NCBI GenBank assembly: GCA_038087875.1
Contig: CM076001.1
Coordinates: 746,001-810,000 of the forward strand
Source of the DNA: Malacoraja senta
Lineage: Eukaryota
Length of the DNA: 64,000 nt
Direction of reading: 5' to 3'
Position numbers and translations under genes: made by a program. Positions 35,897 through 49,898 of this stretch are shown here, piece by piece. Position 1 is the first letter of the stretch. The number at the start of each line of letters is the position of its first letter. A model generated the notes under the pieces. It ran no database searches, had not been told where the DNA came from, and saw only the letters and a program-made list of their open reading frames with translations.

Positions 35897-36289
35897 CCCA
35901 CCACGACCCTACCCTCTATCATAAAGGTCAGATGGAAGTTCTTGTATTACTCGCTTTATTATGACACTATATTACTTTGGTTGTTGTTTTTTGTGATTTC
36001 ACACCGCTGCTTTGAAGATTGACGCGCAGGCGCACTGGCGGGGTTCTTCACGTAATCACCTACGTAACTCCTCATAAAATAAAGATCAAACTTCACACTT
36101 AGGTAAGTTCTCGTTTAATCTTACTATTTCTGTTGTCTTTCCTACAAACTTATGAATTAGGAGTCGGTGTAGGCCATTCAGACACTCAAGCTTGTTTTTT
36201 TTATTTTGGTACTCTATCGACTGCATTTAAAAAAAAAAATCACATACTTTCCTACCTTTCTATATGTCATGAGTACATTCACTGACCAT

Positions 36290-36735
36290 GCCTACAGTGT
36301 GTTCACCCCATCATTTATGTAATAAGTTGAGGCTTCAGCGCCGACCCCTGTGGCACACCACTCATTACATTTATCCAACCAGTAAATGACCCATTTGAGA
36401 CTAGTCATAATTTCCTGTCAGTCACCAATCCTTTAACCACACTGATATATTACCACTTACGACATGTGCTTATATTTTCCGCAACAACCTTTACTATATC
36501 TCCTTATCAAATGCCTTCAGGAAATCTAAGTATAGTACATCCACCAATTATCCTCTAACCTCAGCACATGTCGCTTCTTCAAACAATTCCAATAAATCCA
36601 TCAAAAATTAATTTCCCTTTCACAAAACCATGTGTAGCTTTGCCTGATAAGCCTGAACTTTTCTAAGTGCCCCGGTATAATGTCTTTAACCAAAGCATCC
36701 TAAAAATGTCCCTGGTGACCGATATTAAGCTAATT
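36290..36735 (-). mobile_element. Old CR1 RT fragment
   Basis: Minus strand reads VDVLYLDFLKAFDK and GVPQGSAL-like remnants. Confidence 0.65.
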
Positions 36736-37929
36736 TTCCATGCTTTTCTGTTTTCTGTTTCCTCTTTTTTTAAAGGCAAAGATTCAATTGCTTCAAACAT
36801 TCAAACATGTGTGCAAATGATCTGATACAATGTTTAATTAGGTCCAGTATATAAATTGTTTGAAACCAGTGTTACAGCCCTAGTTTCAGAGATTTGAGCT
36901 GATGTTACAGAGTAAAACAAAACATTCTTCTCTGACGGAACCAGAGTCTGCAGCACAAAACAGGCCATTTGGCCCAGTGTGTCCATGTCAACCATTTGCC
37001 CATCCAGACCAATCCCATTTGCCCACAAAGTGTCCGGTAAATGTTTCTCATTGTACATCTGACAGTGCATTCCAGATATTAACCACTCTCTTTGCAAAAA
37101 ACTACTGTTTGTGAGGTGAAATATATTTATTTTAAGGGCAGTTATAAACACAGAAATTCTTAAATATGTTTTCAAATCTAGTTGTCAGAAGATTAGGCTT
37201 TCAGAAGATTTCAAAATGGGAAAGCAAATTGCTACAAGTTTTCTGTGTTATCTTAAGAGATTCCACACCATTCCAGAAAATATAGTTAAAGTCTCACAAG
37301 AATTGGCATCAATATCTCCGAGAGGACAGATGTAATTAATATTGACTAACACAGCAATAGTGAATGCACAGAAGTTGTCAATACACAATAAAAGCCAGAG
37401 GCAAAGGAAAATCCTCAGGACTCAAAGCTATGTGGCTAGTTATTTCAACAAGCAAGCAAAGGGTATGAGCAAAAATCTATTAGATTTCACTAGGTTTAAC
37501 TTTAAGAAGCCTGTCACATGCTAATATGTGAGATAATACTTAACGTGTCATGAGTGGGTGGAGGTGACGATTATAATCATGTTTTGACTATATGCTTATC
37601 TTTAAATTTCATTCCTGTATTTGCCTCACTTCTTAAAATAGCATAAAACAAGTAACCAGGCTGTGTGTCATTGATTTTTGCTATTTGGTCTTGGGGCAGT
37701 AGAAAGGCGGTTTATGTTGAAATAGGCCAAAAACGGATATTCACAATCACAGCCAGTCAATAGTAGGAGATAGTGAACTGGGATCGCTTTCACAGAATGC
37801 GCAGATAGTCTATGAGTCAATCGACACGGACTATCCAACACCTGTAGGACAGTTGCAAATTGCATCATAGAGCCATAGAGTTATACCAAAGACATCGGGC
37901 CGAGACATCAAACGGGTCATGGTAGCTAT

Positions 37930-38052
37930 CGAAAAAGTCGACCCAAAATATCACCTAGTCCTCTCCAGAGATGCTGCCTGATCCACTGATTTACTCCAAC
38001 CTTTTGTGTCTGTCTTCAGTTTAAACCAGCATCTGCAGTTCCTCCCTGTACA
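37930..38052 (+). mobile_element. Penelope-derived short element remnant
   Basis: tcgacccaaaatatcacc..ctctccagagatgctgcctgatccactg..aaaccagcatctgcagttcc. Confidence 0.6.
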
Positions 38053-38321
38053 AGGTATGTGCCATTTAAAAAGAAAATTTTAAAAAACATTAATAAAATT
38101 TTAAAACACATAAACTGTTCCCCTGCAACGCTACGAGAGGCATAACTGAAGTCGGTTCGGGGTTACTAAAATGACGGAAGTTACGCTCCGGTGCGTACTA
38201 CACGTCTGTCCATTGTATTTCACAGGAGTGGACCATCTTGCTCGTTATAAGATCTTTGGTTATACTGCAGGGAAAAAAAGCCCAACTCATCCATCCATGC
38301 CGAATAAGTTGCCTAGCGAAA

Positions 38322-39490
38322 TAGGCATCAGCACCCCACTATGCAACTGGTTACTGGACTTCCTCACCGACAGACCACAGACAGTAAGAGTTGGCAAAAA
38401 CTCATCAGAGACCACCATCATGAACACCGGGGTCCCACAGGGATGTGTGCTGAGCCCTCTGTTGTTCACGCTGATGACACATGACTGTTGTGCCAAACAT
38501 AACTCGAACCACATCATCAAGTTCGCAGATGACACAACAGTGGTGGGCCTCATCAGCCACGATGACGACTCAGCCTACAGAGAGGAGGTACAACAACTCA
38601 TCAACTGGTGTGACATCAATAACCTTCAACTCAATGTCAACAAAACGAAAGAAATAACTGTGGACTTCAGGAAGAAACAGGCAGCACACACCCCACTCAC
38701 CATAAATGGCAGTGCAGTGGAGTCTGTGAAAAGCACCAAGTTCCTGGGAGTACACATCACAGATGATCAGACATGGTCCACCAACACCATCTCCCTAGTC
38801 AAGAAAGCACAGCAACGCCTCCACTTCCTTCGACGGATGAGGAGAGCCGACCTCCCCCCTTCTGCCCTCACAACTTTTTACAGGGGTGCCATTGAGACCA
38901 TTCTTACCAGCAATCTCCCAGTCTGGTATGGCAGTTGCTCTGCTGCTGATCAGAAGGCCCTACAGAGAGTGGTGAGGACAGCGGAGAAGATCACTAGATC
39001 ACCTCAACCAGCAATTCAAGACTTATACCCATCTCGCTGTCGCAAGAGAGCAACCAATATCATCAAAGACACCACCCACCCAGCACACAAACTGTTCACC
39101 CTCCTACCATCCGGCAAGCGCTACTGCAGCATGCGGAGCAAAACCACAAGATTCAAAAACAGCTTTTTCCCTCAGGCCATCAGACTACTCAACACACTCA
39201 AGAAAATTCCATGAACATTACACAAACAAAGACAAACTGACTGTCAAATTAACTTTAACCCAATGTCTGCAGTATGCTACTTGCACTTTTCTATATTGCA
39301 CCTTTTATTAATGAATATTTTATATAATGTATATGTCCATTGTCTATTTTTATTGGTACACTGTCTGTCTGTGTTATAAATATTACTTGCACATTGGAGT
39401 ATGGAGAAACGCAATTTCAATCCTCTGTGTAACTACTTGTTACATTATTTGAATTGACAATAAAATTACTATTACTATTACTATTACTAT
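38322..39490 (+). mobile_element. Rex1/Babar LINE, 5'-truncated, intact RT C-terminal frame
   Basis: LCNWLLDFLTDRPQ, GVPQGCVLSPLLF, KFADDTT and NSFFPQAIRLLN (stop at 39214); 3' UTR with aataaa and (ctatta)n tail. It interrupts a CR1 tail remnant. Confidence 0.92.
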
Positions 39491-40029
39491 TCCCACTTGT
39501 ATGTACCTGGCCCATATCCCTCCAAAACCTTTCTATGCATGTACCCGTTCAAGTGCTTTGTAAAGTCATATTTATACCTGCGTCTACCAATTCCTCTGCC
39601 AGCTCATTCCATATATGCTTGATTCATAAATGTCTGCATGCTGTCCCTTTCATGCATGAAATACTCCATCACCTGGAAACTAAGAAGAGCAGCAACACAG
39701 AAGCAGGCAAAAATCTGAAGAGAAAGTAGCCTATCCAATTTCATTAAATTTCTGAAGTTCAGCCAGGAAATGGAAATTGTTATAGTGGAGCAATGGAATT
39801 GTTTTCTTTAGGTCTGGTAACTATATGTACTGACAATGAAAAGAGCTTTTTGAATATATTTTACCACTATGCACATTAATAGGCTATTCAGGCCCATTGA
39901 AATAGGATGACATCTACAGTATATCCTATTTAGATTTCCTCCTTCCCTTCTTCATCTAAAAGCATCAACATATTTGATTTCCTACTACATTGGCCAAATA
40001 CTGTATAATGGTTGCTGAAAATCTACAAG

Positions 40030-40665
40030 CAAAGAGTCAAACAGCAAGGAAACAGGCACTTCTGCCCAACTTGCCCACACCAACCAACATGCTCCCTCTA
40101 CACTAGTCCCACCTGACTGCATTTGGCCCATAATCCACTAAACCTATTCTATCCATGTACCTGTACAACTTCCTCCAGCAGCTCATTCCATATACTTACC
40201 ACCCTTTGTGTAAAAAAAGTTGCCCCTCAGTTGCCTATTAAATCTCCCCCTCACCTTAAACCCATGTCGTCTGGTTCTCGATTCCCCATCTCTGGAAAAA
40301 AGACTCAGTGCATTTACCCTATCTATTCCTCACATGATCTTATACGTCTCTATAAGATTATCCTTGATCCTCCTGCACTCCAAGGAATAAAATCCTAGCC
40401 TGCTCAATCTCTCACAATAGCTGACCCACTAAGTCCTGTCAACATCCTCGTAAATCTTCTCTGCACCCTTTCCAGCTTAACATCTTTCCTCTTGCAGAGT
40501 GACCAAAACTAAACACAATACTCTACATGTGGCCTCACCAATGTCTTGTACAATTGTAACATGACCTTCCAACTTCTATACTCATTACTCTGACTGATGA
40601 AGGCTAATGTGCAGAAAGCCTTCTTGACCACTCTATCTACCTCTGATGCCACTTTCAAGGAAATA
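40030..40665 (-). mobile_element. CR1 3' fragment
   Basis: VKKAFCTLAFISQSNEYRSWKVMLQLYKTLVRPHVEYCV plus 3' UTR. Confidence 0.85.
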
Positions 40666-41429
40666 TGAAGAGAGTTAACACTGGATTGTTTTTTCTTTCT
40701 CAACAGCTGCTATCTGACCAGTATATTCTGTTGTCATTTCCTTCTACTTCCTTCAGCCCCTTGCGTTTTACTATGTCAGTATAAATCTCCTCTGCAATTC
40801 TTTATGCGAGCCCAGTTCCATATTCTTAACACTCTAAGGGTACAGAGGCTTCACATTAATTTCCTGTTGAACATATATAATCATCTGAAGTACCATCTTA
40901 TTTGCACATTAATAATTCCTATTGATTGACATCTGTCTAAAGGTTGAAAATTCATTTATTTATGAAAGCAATCTTGGATTGACCATGGGCAATTATTTGT
41001 GCTCCTTTCTTTTGATTGTACACATGCACTCTATCGTGAGATTACTCGCTGCTGCAAAGAACAGTCTGCCATGATTTAAATGCAATCATCATAATTAGCA
41101 GATTGCATTCTTTGCATCTCTAAACTGATGCCTTCTCTCTACAAGGATTCTATCAATCATTCAGCCAGCAATTCTTTGCCTCTTAACAAGTCGTCTTCTC
41201 AAAGCTGTACTCTTACAAAGAGTGCCAATTGTAAAACACATTTTTGTTAAGATGCTTCAGTGATGAGTAGCAGAAAACAAAAGGTAATCAAGACTGCAAA
41301 GGCATCTCATCATACTTGCATTTTGAAATATTGTACAGGGTTTTTTTTTAATGTGAGAAGGAACTTACCGCAGAAATAATAAATTCGCTCGGAAGTTCAT
41401 AGTGTTAAATTTAATCTCCTGCTATCTTA

Positions 41430-41745
41430 ATTAGTTTTAGTTTAGTTTAGAGATACAGCATGGAAACAGGCCCATGGCCCACCAAGTCCGAACCGACCAG
41501 CGACCCCTTGCACTAGCCCTATCCTCCACACTAGGGACAATTTACAATTTTTACTGAAGCCAATCAAACTACAAACCTGTACGTCTTTGGAATCTGGAAG
41601 GAAACCGGGGTACTCGGAGAAAATCCATGTGGTCACTGGGAGAAAACGTACAAATGCCATTTAGACAGTACCCGTAGTCAGGATTGAACCTGGGTGTCAG
41701 ATGCTGTAAGGCAGCAACTCTATCACTGTTCCACCGCGCGGTCCT
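41430..41745 (-). mobile_element. HE1/V-SINE-like SINE
   Basis: Same head, core and tail as 7045-7378. Confidence 0.85.
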
Positions 41746-44700
41746 AAATTAATCAAATGTATAATTTTTACATTTTTAAATACGTGTAATCTCTCAAAAT
41801 TGGAAACCAATTTGTGAAGTAACTCAAAAACAAACTGAGTGAAGTTAACAATGTTCATGTGCAGAGCCTACAATGTGCATGAAGAACTGTGGTGGATGAG
41901 TCATTTTGTTTCATGTCTCCACAGAGCCTCCATCAATTAGTATCTTCAGGGGGGATCTATTTTAGAAAAGTCTACTGCTTTCTTGTTCTCTGGGGTTGAG
42001 GGTTGGAAGGCACAGGAAGCTATATTTCTGTCATGTTGCATGTTTATATTTTAAATCAATTACTCACACTAAAAGCCATAATTTCAGGTATGCTGTGCCT
42101 ATCAAGTGTAAACGTGTAGATGTTTTACTTTAGAGCAGAGAGCTTTGGAAAAAATCTTTACCATGGCTTACAGTATATAATTTATTGTACTGAGCTGGCT
42201 AAATCTCCAGAAAGCAGCGGAGGTTCTGTCACAGTAGGTGCTACAGAATATGCTTGTCAGAATTTCCTAATTAGCTCCTTTTGGGCATTTTATCTTGACA
42301 GCTGCTGGGATGTTCTGATACGCTCTGCCAACTTGCCACGGTACAGCATCAAAATTAGCACTGAGAATCTGAAAGAACTGTCAGGATGGAAGCACATCTG
42401 TTGCCAGCCTCTTCTCCCTCACACCATACCGCACTCATGTCAGATCAGACAACTGCATTCCTGCCCCCTTCTCATGCCTTTAAGCCTCCAAACATTCTAA
42501 TTTCCTTCATAGCAAATCATTTGGAAAAATAACAACATCTCCCATTAATATGCTCACATTGACACAGGCTATTTATTGTTGTCAGTAAAACCACTGAGCA
42601 TTTGTTTTTCATTATGCTTACATGGGACGTGGGTGTAACTTGTATTTACTGAATAGCCTTAATTCTCCCTGAGTTGCTGAATACTTCAGAGGGCAGTTAA
42701 AAGCCAGCCACATTGCTTTGTGCAACTTGTCACAGAAAGCTAGTTCAATTAGGATGGCACATTTTTGTCCCTAAAGGATATGAATGGATCAGATGGGGTT
42801 GCACAATATTGTTGACTTTTATTTAATGGACTTGAATTCCTCAGCCACTATGGTGGAACTTTAAGGCAAATCTCTGAATCATAAATTAATTCCTATTCCA
42901 ATAACTTGATCACTGATTAGTGATTATCACTGATTCACTCATTGGTAACCATCATAAACATAGCTAACCCAGCATGTATTATTGAATGTAAATCATGAAC
43001 TTCACATTGTTGACGATATTTGTGGATAGGGTCTCAATACATCTGTGACTCTCCACTGCCAATTATTTTAATAACAAATTAAATCAATTAAAACAGATCG
43101 AGTAGCTTGTGCTCACAAGTAATTCCAGGGATTGCCAATTGAATCTGTTAAGCATATGTCTGCAAATGTTGTAACAATAATTTAGAGGTTCTGTATACAA
43201 AAGCTTTCTTAGTCGGTGTTCTTGCACATTTACGCTTTAAAAGATTGTACAAAATTGATATGTTGTTCACTCAACTATATTTTGACCTGCTTTTACTTCA
43301 AAACATAACTGCCTGAAAGCTTTCTTTCAGACCATCAGCAGTGTGTTTGTCTTTGAAATCAAATTCTTGCAAGAGCAAGTCTTCATCAGAATGGAAGGAA
43401 AAGATATATTAAGAATGACTCATGCGTTTGCAGATTGACTATGCTTCGGTGAGATAGAACCGGTTGTTATATAACACAGGATACTGCCTGCTAGAAACAA
43501 GTTAAAATATCAATGTTAATTAGAGCTACTGCTAAATTGGAACCATCAATAATTGATTAAAATCTCTTTGGTTTATGATCTATTATGTTAAAATTTATAT
43601 AAATTTTAGTTTTAGAACTGTTAATTTGCTGGCAAATCCCTGAAATGTACTGAAATGTAGGAACATGTTTGATTTTGAACAAATACGACAACATGCTTGC
43701 TACTCATCAAAGATAACCGTGATCCCATTTGAAAAATAATAGTGGTGAGCTATTAACAATTCATATTGTAAAAAAAGATTAGTTTACAGGGAAACACACC
43801 TGAGGACTTCAAATCAAGTCAGAGCATTAAAGGGTGATTACATTGTTAGAAATGTCTTGAAACAATGTGGTACCTGTTTTATTTTTAAATGTATTATTTT
43901 CTCTAGTTTGTTAAAATATGAGATTTCTAATAGGGTGTCACATTTCCCAATACAGAAATTACTTTTATTTTCTTTAATGGCCTCTCACCTCCTATTGTGG
44001 CAGTAGGGTTTTATTTACATGACAGGGAGTATTTTAATTGAATTTCAAGTTTGTTTTAAAACGTGGGCTTTTGGTAGCTAGAAATTGGGAGAAAACAAAC
44101 CGTAGGAAGAACTCAACGGGTCAGGCGGCTGCTATGGAGGGAAATGGACAGGCGAGAATTTGGGTCCGGACTAGTCTTCAGACTGACATGACCCCGACCT
44201 AAATCATCCGCTGTTGATTCCTTCCACAGGTGCTGTTTGCCCCTTCAGCAGGTTGTTCTTGCTTACATTTCTAATATCGGTGTCTCTTTTACCTCTAGAA
44301 TTTGGAAAGACCTATTTCAGATGCTTGTTTTGGCATTGGCACTACTGGATTCCTCTCAAGTTTGACAAGTTCTGGATTTGCTGTCATGGTGTTTCAAAAT
44401 CAAAAAATATTTTTACATTAAATAAATTGCCTCAATCATGATAAAATACAGCTTTCTTATCCTGTGCCACCAATCAACATCATCTTTCTTGGGATATTTT
44501 CCTGAAGACTTGCACTGATAACATTGATTTGAATTCAGTTGACATCACCAAAGGCTTGGATAGTTATGACATGTGTGAGTTACACCACTCTTCATACTGC
44601 ATCATTATTTCTGCTCCTTTGTGCTAAAATTGTCACGAGAAGTAGATTATCTCACCCCCAGGCCCCAATCAATTCATTGTGAATTCCCTCGATTTATGCT

Positions 44701-45235
44701 GGTTTTATTGTTGTATTCATGTAAGTCTGATAAATAATCTTGAACACAGCCTTTGGGTCACTGAGTAACATTGCAATGTGTGGTTCTGAAGTGATTAAAG
44801 CCATTGGTCTTCAGTTTTCAAGTCTGCAATTAAATGAGAGAATTTCCTCTCAAAAGCACTCTGCTGAGATTCAGTCTAGCCAATCCACCTACTAAGGGGT
44901 TTCAATAAGTGCCAGAAGGTTGCACTTTGAGCAATTACAATCTGCTCCTTAACAAGTTTCAGAAGTTCCTGGGATGATAAAAGATTATTTGCTTATATAA
45001 CCAAGATCGTGTTACCAACTCACTCAGTCTTCCTGGACACAGTTCCCAAGCTTGTTTATTGCTTGGATAAACAAGGACATCTGGTGCTAAGATTTTGCCA
45101 CCTCCAATTGACATGTAAGCATTTGTCCATTCATGCGTCACTTACAGTATGTTGCTATTCTGAAACTTCCTACTTAACAGCCCTGAGGTAATATCCACAT
45201 CAAATAAACAGCAGCAATGCAATCAGGAACCTCAA

Positions 45236-45562
45236 TGTTTAGTTTAGTTTAGTGATACAGCGCGGATACAGGCCCTTCGGGCCACCGAGTCCACACCAAC
45301 CAGCAATCCCCGCACATTAACACATGCCTACACACACGAGGGACAGTTTACACTTCTACCAAGTATACAAACCCAAGCCAATTAACCTACAAACCTACAC
45401 GTCATTGGAGTGTGGGAGGAAACTGAAGATCTCGTAGAAAACCCACGGGGAGAACGTACAAACTCTGTCAGACAGCACCCGAGGTCAGGATTGAACCCAG
45501 GTCTCTGGCGCTACAAGCGCTGTAAGGCAGCAACTCTACCGCTGCGCCACTGTGTGCCACCC
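45236..45562 (-). mobile_element. HE1/V-SINE-like SINE
   Basis: ggcacacagtggcgcagcggtagagttgctgcc head, V core and (taaac)n tail. Confidence 0.85.
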
Positions 45563-45720
45563 CTTGCCACCAATGGTTCCTTCACTAGCAACTGGGGATG
45601 AACTATAAACACCGGCCTTCCCAGCAGAACTTGAATCTGGTAAATAAATGCTAAAGATGTTTTATAAAACAGTAACAGCAAAAAGCAAGCAAAGTATTAT
45701 GTTAATCTATCGCCAGATAC

Positions 45721-46215
45721 TTGAATTGAATTGAATACTTTATTGTCACATGTGACAAGTCACAGTGAAATTCTTTGCTTGCATTCCCAAGGTATACAAA
45801 TAGTCGCCCATAAAGGGTGCTTACAAAGTTACAAATCCCCCCCCCCCCACATGCCAGGTCCCCCTTTGTTCTCCCCCCTCTCCCCCAACCCTCACTGTGG
45901 CCTCCCCACGCCGGGTCCTCCTTTCTTTCTTCCCTCGACAGCGGCGTCCTCATTTCCGCACGTCCATCATCGTCTGTCGGTTGGAGCCATCATCGGCCAC
46001 CACACCGACCTCTCCACTAACGTTGCTGCGTCCTCTTTGCACTCCTCCAGAGTGCCGACCCAGGCCCCAGCCGTGGGCTCCACTTTCCCTGGGGCCGATG
46101 GCCGTGGGTTCCGTCGACCCGGGAGTCTCCACCTCCGGCCCACGAGGCTCCGGCATTGGCTTCTTGGCGGCACCTCCAGAAGGAGTCTGGAAGATACTAG
46201 CCACAGAACCGTGTG
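45721..46215 (-). mobile_element. Non-coding, GC-rich, LINE-tailed non-autonomous retroelement
   Basis: 3' end cactgtgacttgtcacatgtgacaataaagta(ttcaa)n with a CpG-rich body. Confidence 0.55.
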
Positions 46216-46489
46216 TTGTGTTCTGCATTTCACATTTACACCATATTCTTTTATTTATTTCCTCTATCTAACTGCTCTCATTTATCCATTAGCTACATGC
46301 CACTGAATACAATCACGTTACCTAGACAACCTCAATCTCCAACCCATCACAGGCATTTCACCTGCACTCTTCGCCACTCCCTCCATCGCTTTACAACATG
46401 CATTTTCTCACATTCCCACTTCTGTTAAAGGTCACTGCTGTGAAACATTAACTCTTGTTCCACTCTTCACAGATGCTGCCTTAACCAAA

Positions 46490-47060
46490 GGGTGACATAG
46501 GTTGAACTACTGCCCTCCAGCTCCAGTCTTGGGTTTGTTCCTGACCTCTTGTGATGTCTGTATGGGGTTTGCCCACTCTCCCTGTGGGCGTGTGGATTTC
46601 CACTGAGGGCTCTGGATTCTCGCCCCCATCTCAAATAGTGGAAATGTTCATAGTTTAAATGCAGACTGTAAATAAACCATAGTTCAAGTGGGTGGTAGAA
46701 GAATTACAGGGAGTTATGTGTATGTAAGAGACAATAGGTTGCAGTGGGATGAATGGGAAATTAAAGTGATGGCATGACTCAAGCGTAACATAGAACATTG
46801 AACAGCAGAGAGCAGGAACAGGCCCTTCAGCCCACAATGTCTGTGCTCAACATGGTGCCATTAAACTAATCTCTTCAGCCTGCACATGATCCATATCAAT
46901 CTATTCCCTGCAGATCTGTGCCTATCCAAAGGTCTCTTAAATGCAACTATCATATATGCCTCCACTACTACCCCTAGCAGCATGGTCCAGGCACCCAACC
47001 CCATCAATTTTATGTAAAAAACGTGCCCCGCACATAACTTTTAAACTTTGCTCCTCTCAA
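46490..47060. mobile_element. Degenerate SINE (+, to about 46785) abutting a CR1 3' tail (-)
   Basis: SINE core remnants (tggggtttgcccactctccctgtg..), then catagaacattgaacagc..acaggcccttcagcccac. Confidence 0.6.
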
Positions 47061-47188
47061 GTGCTGACAGAGATAAGAGGGGCCTGAGTGTCTCCTTCTA
47101 CGCCATAAGAAGTATAATATATAATATGATTTGGTGAGTTTCTGGTATTTTCTATTTTTGTTCCTGATCTCCAGTATTAATAAGCTCC

Positions 47189-47540
47189 CAGTGGTATGAA
47201 TATTGATTTCTCTAACCGAGTAACCCCGGCATTCCCTCTCTCTCTATCCCTCCCCCACCCGTCGCACCAGCTTCTCATTTTCACCCAACAAACAGCTAAC
47301 AATGGCCTGTTTCCTTTATCATTGTTACTTTTTGGCATATCTTTCATTCATTGTTCTTCATCTCTCTATATCATCGTCTATATCTCTCGTTTCCCTTTTC
47401 CATGACTAGTCTGAAGAAGTGTCTCGACCCGAAAGGTCACCCATTCCTTCTCTCCAGAGATGCTGTCTATCCTGCTGAGTTACTCCAGCATTTTGAGACT
47501 ATCTTCGGTTTAAACCACCATCTGCAGTTCGTTCCTACAC
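47189..47540 (+). mobile_element. Penelope-like element 3' end with hammerhead-like motif and 13-bp TSD
   Basis: PSGMNIDFSN (PLE ORF end); CTGAAGA..GACCC-GAAA at 47411-47434; perfect TSD attaataagctcc (47176-47188 / 47541-47553). Confidence 0.85.
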
Positions 47541-48604
47541 ATTAATAAGCTCCATCTGCTTTTTTTAAATTTACTACATGTAAATTACAGGGCAAACAAA
47601 CCAACAAGTAGTAAAAGTTGATGTGTTTACCTCAGTGAGGTTGAATGTCACAATGTAGGCATGACATGCGGATAAAATTCTCAGCATTGATTTAGCTCTG
47701 GTGGGCGAAGATACAAATCATTCCAGAAGAATAAGAATGCAAACAAGATTCAGATGACCCATAGCCCAAATATGCACCACAACTGATCATGCTGTTGCTC
47801 TGAGGGTTTCTGACAGCTTGTGCCACAAAGGGCGTTGTCTCAGTCTCTAAACGTTCTCTGATGATTAAGGGCATTTACGAAACCTATGAAATTTTTTTCA
47901 TTAAATTAAAAAATGAAAATTGTTGAGAAAGGTTGTTGAAGAAATAAAATAAACATATTTAATATTACACCAGATTAAATACAATAGATTTATTATAAAT
48001 GTAAAGCAGAACGATAAAAAGGAAAAACAAAAACGTAGCCTTCACACACTTTTTAATGAAGATATGGGACTTCAATGCAGCTGAGGGCTGGATACAAGGT
48101 GTATCTGGTTTCTAAGGTCAGGATGAGTCAAGCAGCAAAAAAAAGCACTGGTATCTGACTTCTGACTCCAGCTGATTCTATACTTCTGCAATGTAATGCG
48201 GATAACCAGGAGTGCAGGAGTCATGTGTAAGTTCACCTCCTGAAAGAACATAGCCAGCAATTCACCAAAAGCAGGTTGATCTTGTAATGTTTGATGCACA
48301 TTTCAACTCTCTTTATAATTACCAAAAGGTATTGCAACACCCTGACAACCAAGTCATGTCATGTTCTGGCTTCACGCACATGATTAACTAAAATTAAATA
48401 ACAAGTTGCAGAATAAATGTTGAGCTCCTCACCCAGATGCAAAACTGGTGTGTTGTGACTTGGCTGCCCACCATAGAATCTATCTGATTTTCTTCATAGG
48501 TTTCCAACCCATGATGTGAAGGCGATTTCCCGGAAAACATTGATGGGTTTCCCCCGGCATAAATCCATGCATGATCAGGTGTACCATTTGCCTTTGGTGG
48601 GTGT

Positions 48605-48679
48605 TCAAAGAGGAATCCCAACATTTATTATCTTGTCAGTCTGGATACGATGGTGAGAAGAACTCCTACTTCCAGGTCT
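48605..48679 (-). CDS. Candidate terminal coding exon of an unidentified host gene (RPGSRSSSHHRIQTDKIINVGIPL*)
   Basis: ttaatatattcag acceptor with a weak pyrimidine tract, 24 codons plus stop, then repeat-free sequence to AATAAA at 47989-47994(-) followed by a T/GT-rich tract. Product not recognised. Confidence 0.3.
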   Translation of the reverse strand, partial: RPGSRSSSHHRIQTDKIINVGIPL

Positions 48680-49602
48680 CTGAATATATTAAGCAGTTTA
48701 CAATCTTCATTAAAAAATGTGAGGTTTTCTCTGACAGCTTGAGACGGCAATTTTAAACTTTGAAAAAATGTTGGTAACCATGGTAAAATGTGAAATATCT
48801 GTACTTCTTACAAACAAAACACTCCGTTGCTTCAAATCACTAATAGCAGTTCGGAAAAAACAGCCCATCATTGCAGCAATAAATGCCAGCTTTGGCCGCG
48901 TTACAAGAATGAAATATTTAAAAGATTTAGAAATTTTCATTTTTTTCTGTTTTGCAGCAGACTGCAATATTGAGATAGCATTAAACATTTCCCTTTCTAT
49001 TCTGTATATTACCATCAGTGGACTAATTTGAACTTTCCATTAATTGATTTAAGGCCACAATTAATTCATCATACTTTTACTGAGCAATACACTTTGTGCA
49101 ATAATAAAAGACATTTCAGACTACAGCAATTAGTATTTATTGTTCTGGCACTTGTAAATGACTGTAATTACTTGTTGGCCATGTGTTTTATGGGATAATC
49201 ATGTATTTCATAAGGCATTTTATAACTATTACCAAATTGACATTTTCAATCTTTTATTCCATTTTATGGGAGTTCAACTTCCACTTTGAAATTACAATCT
49301 ATGAAACAATTGTGGCAACAATCTATGTGTTTTCCTGCCATGTGTACATTTATAGCGCATTGTAGTTCCATGTCTGAGCAAGACTTGGCAGCAACAACCT
49401 CTCTTTAGCCCTAACATGACACCGGTGTAAAAAACCTTGACTGGATCACAAATGCAGATGTACAATTTTAAATTAACTATTTCATGATTGATACATGATA
49501 ATGACCAGTCTGGGGTTGTTTCAAGTCACTCAAGATGTTCAAGTGAGCATTTTGTGCTGTGACTCACTCTTGTGACCCCCAGAATGACTTATGCCTCAGT
49601 GG

Positions 49603-49898
49603 AGCGGCACGGTGGTGCAGCGGTAGAGTTGCTGCCTTACAATGCCAGAGACCCAGGTTCAATCCTGAATATGTGTGCTGTCTGTACGGAGTTTGTATGT
49701 TCACCCTGTGATTGGCTGGGTTTTCTCCAGGTGCTCCGGTTTCCTCCCGCACTCCAAATACATACACATTTGTAGGTTAATAGGCTTCAGAAAAAATTGT
49801 GTATTGCCGCTCATGTGTGGGATAGTACTAGTGTATGAGGATCACTGGTCGGTGTGAAAGGGCCTGTTTCCACATTGTATCTCAACTAAAAAACTAAA
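49603..49898 (+). mobile_element. HE1/V-SINE-like SINE
   Basis: gcggcacggtggtgcagcggtagagttgctgcc..ggttcaatcc head, V core and tail. Confidence 0.85.

Larger units (their letters stand above)
29848..36128 (+). mobile_element. Full-length decayed DIRS retrotransposon interrupted by a Rex1 fragment
   Basis: Left end ATTTTACTTCGGAG, ITRs 29875-29909 / 36020-36054, gag, RT (YLDD at about 31910), RNase H (LQTDAS), MT-like domain (YIFPPF, DWPTQPWY), YR (SHSTRAA..AAAGWS) and ICR. ATTT lies at both junctions. Confidence 0.95.

Noticed and set aside
38110..38258. CpG-rich segment ending ttataagatctttg, possibly one end of a small DNA transposon
   Set aside because: No matching inverted terminus was found nearby, so it could not be delimited or classified.
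41363..41418. Strong minus-strand donor GCG|GTAAGT with a possible 50-bp exon
   Set aside because: The acceptor lacks a pyrimidine tract (a SINE tail lies upstream) and the peptide is unrecognised, so support is insufficient.
42120..42500. 126-aa ORF in unique sequence
   Set aside because: No recognisable motif or splice structure; the length is compatible with chance.
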